Origin: Flavobacteriales bacterium | GTDB lineage: Bacteria; Bacteroidota; Bacteroidia; Flavobacteriales; Flavobacteriaceae | Assembly (NCBI GenBank): GCA_026993355.1 | Contig: JALWTX010000015.1 | Span: 28,777-92,776, forward strand | DNA length: 64,000 nt | Reading direction: 5' to 3' | In this document: in pieces, positions 1 to 9,134 of the stretch | Layout: each line of letters starts with the position of its first letter | Position numbering within the stretch: position 1 is the first letter of the stretch | Translations under genes and position numbers: made by a program | The notes under the pieces: model-generated | Databases searched by the model: none | The model's input: the letters and a program-made list of their open reading frames with translations, nothing else | Told to the model about the DNA's origin: nothing

Positions 1-469
1 AAAACAAATTATGCGGATTAGAATTGTCAAAACTGATAACAGTCATCCCAGATTGGGCGATTTTTTAATCAGATGGGTTTTGCGTTTGTTCGAAGTGAAT
101 ATGATTCCGGGTTTAGCACTGATTGTGATGCTGTTTTCTGATAAAAAACAACGTCTGGGTGACTTAGCTGCTAATACAGTGGTGGTCAAAGATCAAATTT
201 TGGCCTCCTTAGACCGGAGTATTTTTGAAGAATTGTCACAGGATTATCAACCTGTGTTTCCCTCAGTAAAACAATTTAACGACCGGGACATTCAAAAGAT
301 TAAAACTATTTTGCAAGAAGCCCGTGTCAAGGAAAACAAGAAAATTTTAAAGGCATTGGTCCATAAAATTGAGAAAATTTTACAAATAGAAAAACCAAAA
401 GATTGGTCTTATTCAAAATTTATAGATCAAATAATTAAAGATTACAATTATTATGCCCGTCATTTTTAG
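1..469 (+). CDS. RDD family membrane protein (N-terminus probably upstream of window)
   Basis: The frame is open to the window edge, with no stop in nt 2-10 before the ATG at 11. A hydrophobic RDD-type segment (RLGDFLIRWVLRL...GLALIVMLFSDKKQRLGDLAANTVVV) is followed by a soluble tail. Confidence 0.6.
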   Translation, partial: KQIMRIRIVKTDNSHPRLGDFLIRWVLRLFEVNMIPGLALIVMLFSDKKQRLGDLAANTVVVKDQILASLDRSIFEELSQDYQPVFPSVKQFNDRDIQKIKTILQEARVKENKKILKALVHKIEKILQIEKPKDWSYSKFIDQIIKDYNYYARHF

Positions 470-486
470 GCAGTATACTTTATTTT

Positions 487-1119
487 ATGAAATTCGATCA
501 TTTAAAAAATTCTCTTAACGCCATTAAATATAAAAGACTATCAGGTACAGAAGCCCATAAAATTATGATGGGGACGGAGGTGCGGGCGGATATTTTTAAA
601 AAAGTGCGTCATACTACGCCGGTTAAGGAAGCCGCTGTTATGGCACTATTATATCCTGATAAGGCTAATCTTACACGTTTGGTGATGATTTTGCGCAAAA
701 CCTATAACGGTCATCATTCGGGACAAATTTCTTTTCCAGGTGGAAAAAGAGAAGCTTTTGATGCCGACTTATGGCATACGGCTTTAAGAGAGACAAACGA
801 AGAAATAGGTATTTTACCTGAAAAAATACAATATATTCGTCATTTAACACCGTTCTTTATTCCTATCAGCAACTTTCGGGTACAGCCTTTTTTAGCTTTT
901 GCCAAGTCACCTCTTCAGTTTGAAAAAGATCCGTATGAAGTAGAAGAAATCCTTGAACTGCCTATAAAGTCTTTATTAACCGAGCCTTTGGTGAGTATTA
1001 AGCACAGTTATTTCGGACAAACTTATCAACTCAAAGCTTTTCAAGTGGGGCAAATTAAAATTTGGGGTGCTTCTGCTATGATTTTGTCTGAAATAACCGC
1101 GCTACTCCATAAATTATAA
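487..1119 (+). CDS. NUDIX hydrolase, CoA pyrophosphatase-like
   Basis: Nudix box GGKREAFDADLWHTALRETNEEIGI. Size is about 210 aa. Confidence 0.75.
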   Translation: MKFDHLKNSLNAIKYKRLSGTEAHKIMMGTEVRADIFKKVRHTTPVKEAAVMALLYPDKANLTRLVMILRKTYNGHHSGQISFPGGKREAFDADLWHTALRETNEEIGILPEKIQYIRHLTPFFIPISNFRVQPFLAFAKSPLQFEKDPYEVEEILELPIKSLLTEPLVSIKHSYFGQTYQLKAFQVGQIKIWGASAMILSEITALLHKL

Positions 1120-1872
1120 AATATATTGTAAATAAAGCATGGCGGCAATTGATAAAACAATAATTACGGCCGATTTTTCTTTCTCCATGTTTTCTTGAGA
1201 TTCGGGGACTATGTCAGCAAAAACAACCCAAAACATAGCACCTGCAGCAAAACCAAGTCCCACGGGTAAATATTGTTTGAAATAAGTAATAAACATAAAG
1301 GCCGGTACGGCAAATAAGGGTTGAGGCAAGGATGTAAATATACTCCATAAAGCAGCTTTCCACCACGAAACACCTTTGGCAACCAATCCGGCACTGATGG
1401 CCAAACCTTCGGGTATATTGTGAATGGCAATGGCTATGGTCATCATTAACCCGAATTTAAAAGTGCCGCCAAAAGAGGTGCCTAAACCGATGCCTTCGGC
1501 AGCAGAATGGGCCGTCATTACAATGATGATAAGAATAGCTTGTTTATAATTTTTAAAAAAACTTTCTTTATTGACTAAAAACATCGGGGTGTCGCGGTTA
1601 GATTTTTCAAATTTATCTAAAATATATTCAACTGTTCCAATAAAAATCAAGCCTAAAATTATTCCGCCAATAACTTTAGGATAGCTGTAATCAATCCCTT
1701 CAATAATCAGACCTATACTTGCACCGGTCATCAGTCCGGCAGCCAAGGCATTAGAAACACCTGAGACGGTTGGGGTAATTTTTTTGATAAAAATAAAGGG
1801 TATGGCGCCTAATCCCGTTGCAATAGCGGTAATCATAGCGTACCAAAATACATTCCAAGTTTCGTGTGTCAT
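1114..1872 (-). CDS. ZIP family metal (zinc) transporter
   Basis: Polytopic membrane protein with ZIP-type metal-site motifs AHSAAEGIGLG and HNIPEGLAIS. Confidence 0.8.
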   Translation of the reverse strand: MTHETWNVFWYAMITAIATGLGAIPFIFIKKITPTVSGVSNALAAGLMTGASIGLIIEGIDYSYPKVIGGIILGLIFIGTVEYILDKFEKSNRDTPMFLVNKESFFKNYKQAILIIIVMTAHSAAEGIGLGTSFGGTFKFGLMMTIAIAIHNIPEGLAISAGLVAKGVSWWKAALWSIFTSLPQPLFAVPAFMFITYFKQYLPVGLGFAAGAMFWVVFADIVPESQENMEKEKSAVIIVLSIAAMLYLQYIL

Positions 1873-1882
1873 AATTTTTTAT

Positions 1883-2866
1883 TTAATAGTTGGTTTTATT
1901 TTCAAAAAATTCGTATGCATCAATAAGGTCTAAAAAGGCGCCATCAAAACCGGCAGATATAATCTTTTTGAGATAAGATTGATTATTGCCATATATGATT
2001 TTTTGCCAGCCGGGTTCCCAATAACGGACTTTATAATTCCCATCCCATTCAGGATTTTCTTCGTCAAGCCATATGGGAGGGTCGGCTACCCAATGAGGTT
2101 GCCAATAATAGCGGTAATCTTCTGCTTCCCCAATAGATAAATAAGATATAACCAAACGTTGTCCACCATTTGCTTTGGTTTTTAAACGTTGTATGTCATT
2201 TGAAGTGAAGGGGGTATTTTGGTCAAAAAATAAGTCTAAAATTAAGACATCATAATTTGTGGCACTTAATTTTTCCATTAAAATGGACTTGCTCGAAAAT
2301 CCTTCATAATTAATCAAGTATAAATAATTTTGTGCTTGATTAAGATTTAGAATATCAGCGTTGTTTTCATGATAAGGGCGTACGGCTGGAATTATATTTA
2401 GTGCGACATCCGGTGCTTGAAAACCTATAAAATTATTGTTTTTTACACTGTCTCTTGAGGCTTGTATAACATCAGGTTCAAAACAATAATCCGTTACTAA
2501 TACAGATTTATCTTGAAGTCGAAATTTAGTCAAAAATTTTTTTAAATATTGTGTTTTTTCAACAGGTGTCGGTTCATTAATAGTGTTATAGCCAAAGAAA
2601 AGCCCTTCTTGTGACTGTCCCTCTAAGGCGTTCAGGTAATCCCGGTGCAAAGGGGCATCCGGCTGGCCTGTAGTAGTGAGTAACTCAACGCCATTTTGTG
2701 CGATTATAATAAACCCCGGCTTTTGTATTTTGCCATAATCACTGATATGAATCACAAATTTTCGCATTTCAGCTTTAAAATCAATGTCATCGTAGGTATA
2801 GGCTCTTTTGATTTTATGGCAAGAGCTAAGTGTGAGCAAAAAAAAGAGAAAATATAGTTTATGCAT
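1883..2866 (-). CDS. Lipoprotein, GH114/TM1410-like putative polysaccharide hydrolase
   Basis: Lipobox signal MHKLYFLFFLLTLSSC. The motif SYLSIGEAEDYRYYW resembles the endo-alpha-1,4-polygalactosaminidase-like (GH114) family. The family assignment is from memory only. Confidence 0.45.
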   Translation of the reverse strand: MHKLYFLFFLLTLSSCHKIKRAYTYDDIDFKAEMRKFVIHISDYGKIQKPGFIIIAQNGVELLTTTGQPDAPLHRDYLNALEGQSQEGLFFGYNTINEPTPVEKTQYLKKFLTKFRLQDKSVLVTDYCFEPDVIQASRDSVKNNNFIGFQAPDVALNIIPAVRPYHENNADILNLNQAQNYLYLINYEGFSSKSILMEKLSATNYDVLILDLFFDQNTPFTSNDIQRLKTKANGGQRLVISYLSIGEAEDYRYYWQPHWVADPPIWLDEENPEWDGNYKVRYWEPGWQKIIYGNNQSYLKKIISAGFDGAFLDLIDAYEFFENKTNY

Positions 2867-2917
2867 TAAAAGTTTGTTTGTTAAATAACAAAGATAGAAA
2901 AATTGTAGAATAAAATT

Positions 2918-3355
2918 TTATTTCTTTTTACGCAATTCTATCATTAACAATCCTGATACAGAAATGATAGCAGTAAAAATTAACATTAAAAAGCTGTCTG
3001 ATGCAGTTATATTTAAAAGCCATAATAAAGCGCCCACAAGAAAAGGTAAACCGATAAATAAATATTTAAAATAAAGAATGTGATTTTTATGGGCGACTAA
3101 CTTTTCTAAGTATTTGTAAGTTTGAATAATGATAATGACAAAAAAAAGTAGATAAACATATAAAATTAAAGCTGCCTGAAAATAAAATGGTTTGGAAGAA
3201 ACACAATAGAGGTTAAAAAGACATATTTGGTTTTTATGGCTGATTAAAACGATGGTCAATGCCAACAAATATAAAAGGACAGTATAAAAGAGATAAAAAT
3301 AGATTTTGTCTCTTAATGCTTTTTTTCTGTTTTGTTTTTCAAAAAGATTTGTCAT
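2918..3355 (-). CDS. Hypothetical small integral membrane protein
   Basis: 145-aa ORF with about four hydrophobic helices and no overlapping better ORF. No recognisable family. Confidence 0.4.
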   Translation of the reverse strand: MTNLFEKQNRKKALRDKIYFYLFYTVLLYLLALTIVLISHKNQICLFNLYCVSSKPFYFQAALILYVYLLFFVIIIIQTYKYLEKLVAHKNHILYFKYLFIGLPFLVGALLWLLNITASDSFLMLIFTAIISVSGLLMIELRKKK

Positions 3356-3420
3356 TCCTTATTTAGATTGATTTAAAATAATATGCAAAAATACACTTTT
3401 AATTTTATAAATTAAACTGC

Positions 3421-4275
3421 CTAAAAATGCCAGGACAAAATATGAGCCGATTTTTGGCCCTGTCCAAAACTTGTAAGGTCGAAGTTTTTAATTTTATTTC
3501 TTCTTAAGTACCTAACCAATATGGGTATATGTTTTTGATAGGCGACCAAAGTAGTGTATAGCCCTACTTGGTTTTTATATAAAATACTTTCATCAATATA
3601 GGTTTTAATAAATTGAACTTCCCCGCCATCAATCCATAATTCGTTTGGAAGGCCTTTAAAATTACGTCCGTCACGGGTCAAATTCAAAGCTTTGTTTTTT
3701 CTTAAATTGGCTTTTTTGGCTGCTATCTCTGAAGCATAGAAAGGTGGATTACACATGGTGGCCATAAATTTCTCTCCCGGTAAAATAATATCTTTCAATA
3801 TTTGTTTGGTTTTTTTTTGGTAGGCCAAATGAATACATTCTTCTAAATGGTTTCCGGCAATAATTTTTTCAGCGTTTTTTAAACTTTCTGTGCTAATATC
3901 ACTGGCTTTAAATTGCCATCCATAAATTTTACATCCTAAAATAGGATAAATTATGCTGGCACCGGTTCCAATATCTAAAATATAATTGGTATTGGGAATA
4001 TTTTTTTGCGCTGTCAATAAGTCATGTAAATAATGAATATAATCAGCTCTACCCGGTACCGGCGGACATAAATGTCCCGTAGGAAAATCCCAATATTTTA
4101 TACCATAATCACTTTTTAATAAAGCGGTGTTGAGAAGTTTAACAGCCCGGTCATTCCCGAAGTCTATCGTATATTCGCCTTTAGGATTCTTTTTAACATA
4201 CTTTTCCAATTCAGGAATAGCCAATTTTAACTTTTTAAAATCATATTTTCTCTTGTGTTTATTGGCTTTATGCAT
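3421..4275 (-). CDS. rlmF: 23S rRNA (adenine-N6)-methyltransferase RlmF-like
   Basis: SAM-binding LDIGTGASIIYPILG and catalytic NPPF (MCNPPFY). Layout is YbiN/RlmF-like. Confidence 0.75.
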   Translation of the reverse strand: MHKANKHKRKYDFKKLKLAIPELEKYVKKNPKGEYTIDFGNDRAVKLLNTALLKSDYGIKYWDFPTGHLCPPVPGRADYIHYLHDLLTAQKNIPNTNYILDIGTGASIIYPILGCKIYGWQFKASDISTESLKNAEKIIAGNHLEECIHLAYQKKTKQILKDIILPGEKFMATMCNPPFYASEIAAKKANLRKNKALNLTRDGRNFKGLPNELWIDGGEVQFIKTYIDESILYKNQVGLYTTLVAYQKHIPILVRYLRRNKIKNFDLTSFGQGQKSAHILSWHF

Positions 4276-4281
4276 TTTTAA

Positions 4282-4719
4282 TTATGTTTTTAGGATGATT
4301 TCTTTAAAATCCGGCGATTTTGGCAAGTTTGCTAATTTTTCATAAACTTCCGGTGGCAAAACAGTTAATTTTCGTTTGACTAAATCAATCCAAGCGCCAT
4401 AAACTTTAACAATTGCCGCAAGTTCATCATTTTCATTATAGATATGGTGGGTAAATTCCCATCGTTCTAATTTTGGACTGGCAGCAGTCAGTAACATATC
4501 TACTTTTATGTCGCTTCCCATTCTGATTTCTTTTCTATAACTGATTTCTTCTTTAAACAAAACCGGACCGATATTTAGTCTGGCAAATTCTTCTATGGAA
4601 AGATGATGTTTATTAAAAAAACGGACACGTACTTCGGCAGCATAGTCGCTGTATGCAGAGTGTCGCATATGTCGGTTGGGGTCAAAGTTTGCCCAAATGG
4701 TTTTAAAAGTTATTTTCAT
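4282..4719 (-). CDS. Acyl-CoA thioesterase (hotdog fold, 4HBT/YbgC-like)
   Basis: 145 aa. Its size and sequence pattern are typical of thioesterase-superfamily proteins, but the motif-level support is weak. Confidence 0.5.
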   Translation of the reverse strand: MKITFKTIWANFDPNRHMRHSAYSDYAAEVRVRFFNKHHLSIEEFARLNIGPVLFKEEISYRKEIRMGSDIKVDMLLTAASPKLERWEFTHHIYNENDELAAIVKVYGAWIDLVKRKLTVLPPEVYEKLANLPKSPDFKEIILKT

Positions 4720-4731
4720 AATTTGATTTTT

Positions 4732-5412
4732 TTACAATAATTGTTGATCGGCAAAGCTATAATAATTTTTTCCGGCAATTATTAAATGATCTAATAATTG
4801 GAGGTCAAGTAAACTAGCTGCATTTTTAATTTTTTGGGTTATCTGTTTATCAGCCGGACTGGGCAATAAGTTTCCCGAAGGGTGATTGTGTGCGATGATA
4901 AAGCCGGTGGCATTTTTTTCTAAAAGACGTTTTAACAACAGCCTGATATCAATCAGGGCACTGTCTAAGCCCCCTTTTTGTAAATGCTCTAAACTAATAA
5001 TGGTATTTTTTCTGAGCGCTACCAGCCAAAATTCTTCTCTATTTTTATCGGCTAATTGGGGTGCAAACAGTTTGTAAGCTTCTTCAGAGCTTTTAATTGT
5101 TTTTTGAGCGAGTGCTTTTGCTGCGTTTCGTCTGCGGCCTATTTCCAAAGCAGCAACAATACTGATCGCTTTGGCTTGCCCAATACCTTTGTATTGCATC
5201 AAATCTATAAGGTCGAGCTTGGCCAATTGTTCCCAATTATTTTGATGATTATTTAAAATCCGTTTGGCTAAATCAACTGCCGATTCCTCCCGGTTACCAC
5301 TCCCAATTAAAATAGCCATTAACTCGGCATTAGACAATACATCGACTCCCTTTTCGACCAGTTTTTCTCTCGGACGATCATCCTTGGCCCAATGCCGGAT
5401 AGTTTTTTTCAT
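4732..5412 (-). CDS. radC: RadC-family JAB domain protein
   Basis: JAB/MPN motif HNHPSGNLLPSPAD and an N-terminal HhH-like segment NAELMAILIGSG. The start overlaps the mpl stop (ATGA). Confidence 0.9.
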   Translation of the reverse strand: MKKTIRHWAKDDRPREKLVEKGVDVLSNAELMAILIGSGNREESAVDLAKRILNNHQNNWEQLAKLDLIDLMQYKGIGQAKAISIVAALEIGRRRNAAKALAQKTIKSSEEAYKLFAPQLADKNREEFWLVALRKNTIISLEHLQKGGLDSALIDIRLLLKRLLEKNATGFIIAHNHPSGNLLPSPADKQITQKIKNAASLLDLQLLDHLIIAGKNYYSFADQQLL

Positions 5413-6767
5413 GGGTTTATCTTATGTGTAATTTTATCAAAATCCAAACCGCCATAATTACCGCTACTCATCAGCAGTAAAGCGGTATTATCCATATTTA
5501 AATCGTACAGGTATTGATGCAATTCTTGAGGATTGGTAAATACTTTTAATCCGGGAAAATTAAATTCTTCTTGGATAAGACTTGCCGCAATGGGTTCCAA
5601 TCCTTTTAATACCACTGCTTTTGGCGAATAAAAAACAATGGCTTCATCGGCAGCATCGAGTTTGTTTTTATATTCGGGTAAAAACTTTTTATTAAGACTG
5701 CTATAAGTATGTAATTCTAAGACCGCGACTAATTTTTTATCGGGAAAACTTTCTTTTACCGCTTTTACGCTGGCCGCTACTTTAGATGGGGCATGGGCAA
5801 AGTCCTTAAAAATAATACTTTTATCGTTTTCGGCCAAAACTTCCAAGCGTTTGTCGGCACCTTCAAAACTTTGTATGGCTTGGTAAAATGCCTGGTATGT
5901 TATCCCCATTTCACGGCAAATTAATCTGGCTGCTTCGGCATTTTGCATATTATGGGCACCTATAATTTTTAAGGGAATTTTGTTGTTTTGGTTTAACAGG
6001 TAAAAGGTATTTCCTTCCTTTTGATATGCCGGTGTTTTGTAGGCTATTTTTTTTAGATCGGGCCGTTTTTTTTCGGCTATATTTTTGAGGGTTTTGTCTT
6101 CTTCATTGTAAATGAGTGTACCGCCTGGGGTGATGGTATCGATATATTTTTCAAACTGCCGGATATATTCAGCTTTGTCAGGAAATTTGTTCATATGATC
6201 CCATGCAATACCACTGATGACTGTTAATTGCGGTTGGTACCATAAAAATTTAGGCCGCGGATCAATGGGGGAGGACAAATATTCGTCACCTTCCAAGATA
6301 ATGGTATCGGCTTGGTCATCTAATTTTACCATGGTTTCAAATCCTTGTAATTGTGACCCCACCATATAATTGACTTGTTTGTTTTGTTGTGACAACACAT
6401 GCAAAATCATTGAAGTGATAGTTGTTTTCCCATGAGAACCGGCTATGACAACCCGTTTTTTATCTTGGCTTTGCAGGTATAAATATTCGGGATAGGAATA
6501 AATATTCAAGCCTAATTCTTGGGCTTTTTTCAATTCGGGATTGTCTGGTTTGGCATGCATACCTAAAATAACGGCATCCAATTTGGGGGTTATTTTTTCG
6601 GGATACCAGCCAAATTTTGGTGGCAATAATCCATATTTTTCAAGTCGACTTTTAGACGGATCAAATATTTCATCGTCGCTTCCCATTACTTGATAACCTT
6701 TTTTATGTAAGGCAATAGCCAAATTGTGCATAGCAGCACCACCTATAGCAATAAAATGAATGTTCAT
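5409..6767 (-). CDS. mpl: UDP-N-acetylmuramate:L-Ala-gamma-D-Glu-meso-DAP ligase (Mpl)-like Mur ligase
   Basis: Mur ligase architecture: N-terminal IHFIAIGGAAMHNLA and P-loop GSHGKTTITSM. At 452 aa it fits Mpl rather than MurC. Confidence 0.8.
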   Translation of the reverse strand: MNIHFIAIGGAAMHNLAIALHKKGYQVMGSDDEIFDPSKSRLEKYGLLPPKFGWYPEKITPKLDAVILGMHAKPDNPELKKAQELGLNIYSYPEYLYLQSQDKKRVVIAGSHGKTTITSMILHVLSQQNKQVNYMVGSQLQGFETMVKLDDQADTIILEGDEYLSSPIDPRPKFLWYQPQLTVISGIAWDHMNKFPDKAEYIRQFEKYIDTITPGGTLIYNEEDKTLKNIAEKKRPDLKKIAYKTPAYQKEGNTFYLLNQNNKIPLKIIGAHNMQNAEAARLICREMGITYQAFYQAIQSFEGADKRLEVLAENDKSIIFKDFAHAPSKVAASVKAVKESFPDKKLVAVLELHTYSSLNKKFLPEYKNKLDAADEAIVFYSPKAVVLKGLEPIAASLIQEEFNFPGLKVFTNPQELHQYLYDLNMDNTALLLMSSGNYGGLDFDKITHKINP

Positions 6768-6775
6768 AAATATTT

Positions 6776-7402
6776 TTAAATGTTTAATTTATCAATTTCT
6801 CCTTTTCCTTCCCGGATAATTTCCGGTGTTTCTCCTGACAAATCTATAACCGTTGAAGGTTTATTGTCGCCGTAACCGGCATCGATAATTATATCGATCA
6901 AATTGCCCCATTTTTCGTTGATTAATTCAGGATCGGTTGTATATTCTACGACTTCATCTTCATCTTTGATAGAAATATTGACCAATGGATGTCCAAGTTT
7001 TTCTATAATTTTTTGTAGGATTGGATTGTCAGGAACACGCATGCCAAAAGTTTTACGTTTTTTAAAAATTTTCGGCAAATTATTATTGGCAGGCAGAATC
7101 ATGGTATAAGGACCCGGAAAGGCTTTTTTTAATATTTTAAAGGTCGGTGTGTCTATTTGTTTGGTATATTCTGATAAGTTACTAAGGTCAGAAAATAAAA
7201 AAGTGAAATTGGCTTTATCTACCTTCACCCCTTTCAGCCGGGCAAGTTTTTCGATGGCTTTGTTATTTTTTATAGAAGCCCCTAGTCCGTAAACCGTATC
7301 GGTGGGATAAATCACCAAACCGCCGCTATTTAAAGTTTCGACGACTTCATCAATAAGGATTTGATCGGTGTGATCATTGTAAAGTTTGATAAATTTTGCC
7401 AT
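6776..7402 (-). CDS. tsaC: L-threonylcarbamoyladenylate synthase (YrdC/TsaC type)
   Basis: YrdC domain motif VIYPTDTVYGLGA. Size is 208 aa. Confidence 0.85.
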   Translation of the reverse strand: MAKFIKLYNDHTDQILIDEVVETLNSGGLVIYPTDTVYGLGASIKNNKAIEKLARLKGVKVDKANFTFLFSDLSNLSEYTKQIDTPTFKILKKAFPGPYTMILPANNNLPKIFKKRKTFGMRVPDNPILQKIIEKLGHPLVNISIKDEDEVVEYTTDPELINEKWGNLIDIIIDAGYGDNKPSTVIDLSGETPEIIREGKGEIDKLNI

Positions 7403-7427
7403 TTTGAAAATTTTTAGAATTGAATAA

Positions 7428-8516
7428 CTACCATATTGTAAAATGCGATTTGTATTCGCGATAAAATTCTTTTAAAAATATACGAAGCATGGTATAAGTT
7501 GGAACAGCTACAATCATACCGATAACGCCAAATAAAGTGCCGGCAATCATGATTACCAAAAAAATTTCTAAAGGATGTGCTTTTACACTCTTGGAATATA
7601 TTAACGGAACATCGACAAAGGCATCCCACATTTGGATCAGGATATACCCAATGCTGATATTGCGTAACAAGATAAACATGCTTTGTTGGTCTAATTGATT
7701 GATTTGCGAGGTCATAGATAAACTGATCATAATAATCCAACCGACAATAGGTCCTATATAAGGTATTAAGTTCATCAAAGCGGCCAAAAGTGCGATAAAA
7801 GTCGCATTAGGGACTTGCAATATGTTTAATAGAATGGTGTAAAGTATAAAAATAATGGTAATTTGCAGACTAATCCCGATAAAATAACGTGATAACAAAT
7901 CTTTGATATTGGTAAAAACTTTTTGAAATTGAGATTTGTCATTGTCCGGAATAAATTTAAAAAGAAAATTAGTAGTAAGGTTATTGTCTTTTAAAAGAAA
8001 AAAGGAAATAAAGGCTACGGCAAAAAATCCAACGATAAAATTTCCTAGAAAGTTAACAATTGTATTGACCAATTGGGGCAAAATTTTAAGATTGATTTCT
8101 TTAAAAATACTATTTAAGGTAAAGCTATCTAATAACGTGATATTTTTATGGTGCAAATAGCTTTTGACATTTTCTAAGAGCAAAACCATTTTTTGCTGAA
8201 AATCATCGATGTTTAAAGCAGAAAGATTTTGTGCTTGTGCCAAAATAAGTGGCACAAAAATGGCAAATAAAGTGATGAAAATACCAAAAATGACAAATAA
8301 ACTAAAGGCACTTGCCAGCGTATCTTTCATTTTGAGATGTTTGATAAATATTTTTTTTAGCGGACGCCCAATAAGAGAAACCACCAAAGCAATAATAATA
8401 TAAACCAAAACTGTACGAATAGCATATAAAAACCAAAGAATAAGCACAATGGCTAAAAGTGAAAAAACAGCTTTGACAATGCCTTTGGCAATAATATTAG
8501 ATTGATTTTCTTCCAT
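7428..8516 (-). CDS. AI-2E family transporter (PerM-like permease)
   Basis: 362-aa polytopic membrane protein with an AI-2E/UPF0118-like C-terminal pattern (NLIPYIGPIVG...AHPLEIF). Confidence 0.7.
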   Translation of the reverse strand: MEENQSNIIAKGIVKAVFSLLAIVLILWFLYAIRTVLVYIIIALVVSLIGRPLKKIFIKHLKMKDTLASAFSLFVIFGIFITLFAIFVPLILAQAQNLSALNIDDFQQKMVLLLENVKSYLHHKNITLLDSFTLNSIFKEINLKILPQLVNTIVNFLGNFIVGFFAVAFISFFLLKDNNLTTNFLFKFIPDNDKSQFQKVFTNIKDLLSRYFIGISLQITIIFILYTILLNILQVPNATFIALLAALMNLIPYIGPIVGWIIMISLSMTSQINQLDQQSMFILLRNISIGYILIQMWDAFVDVPLIYSKSVKAHPLEIFLVIMIAGTLFGVIGMIVAVPTYTMLRIFLKEFYREYKSHFTIW

Positions 8517-8519
8517 AAT

Positions 8520-9101
8520 TTATTGGTATAAAGTTTGATCCAACACTTTAAATTTTACCTGACCATTTTGGTCAATATCATATCGCAAGATAAGGCTACC
8601 TTGATAGGTACCATCAGTAAAATGCGCAATCATCCACCGGTGGTTTAAGACTTTAACATCGTCGAAATGCATTTTGCCGGCCATGCCTGCAAAGGGTATT
8701 AAAGGATTGTCACCTTTTTGTTTTTCATTGGTTTTTAATAACAATTTTTTCAGATATGCTGGCCATTTTTTTTCTGTTTCAAAAGCTTTATTCAAATAAA
8801 TCATAGCTTTTGGATTACCTGCCAACGAAAAACGATCTTTTTGATGAAGCGAATCGATGGTATGCTTAAGATTTTTGATAGAATCTTCTAAATGGATGGC
8901 ATATTGTATATTATTGTCATATCCTTCATTTGTTTCTTTTAATTCTTTTTGTAATTGGTGTTCTAGAATGGTCTTTTGTCGGCAATTAAAAATTAAATAG
9001 CCGCTAAGCACCAATAAAAAAACAACAAGGCTTACACATACTTTTTTCATCCGGAGAGTTTTGCCTAAAAATACAAAAAAACCGCGGATTTTAGTTTCCA
9101 C
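8520..9101 (-). CDS. Hypothetical membrane-anchored protein
   Basis: Single N-terminal hydrophobic anchor. The likely true start is Met18 (MKKVCVSLVVFLL, ATG at 9050). No recognisable family. Confidence 0.5.
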   Translation of the reverse strand: METKIRGFFVFLGKTLRMKKVCVSLVVFLLVLSGYLIFNCRQKTILEHQLQKELKETNEGYDNNIQYAIHLEDSIKNLKHTIDSLHQKDRFSLAGNPKAMIYLNKAFETEKKWPAYLKKLLLKTNEKQKGDNPLIPFAGMAGKMHFDDVKVLNHRWMIAHFTDGTYQGSLILRYDIDQNGQVKFKVLDQTLYQ

Positions 9102-9134
9102 GGTTTATAAAAATTTAAAGCAACGGTTTATCAT

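Noticed and set aside
7414-7740. A 108-aa same-strand ORF overlapping the 3' end of the AI-2E transporter gene. A 73-aa ORF at 1209-1430 inside the ZIP gene is similar.
   Set aside because: These are alternative frames of well-supported membrane-protein genes. Their sequences are Cys-rich and carry no motifs.
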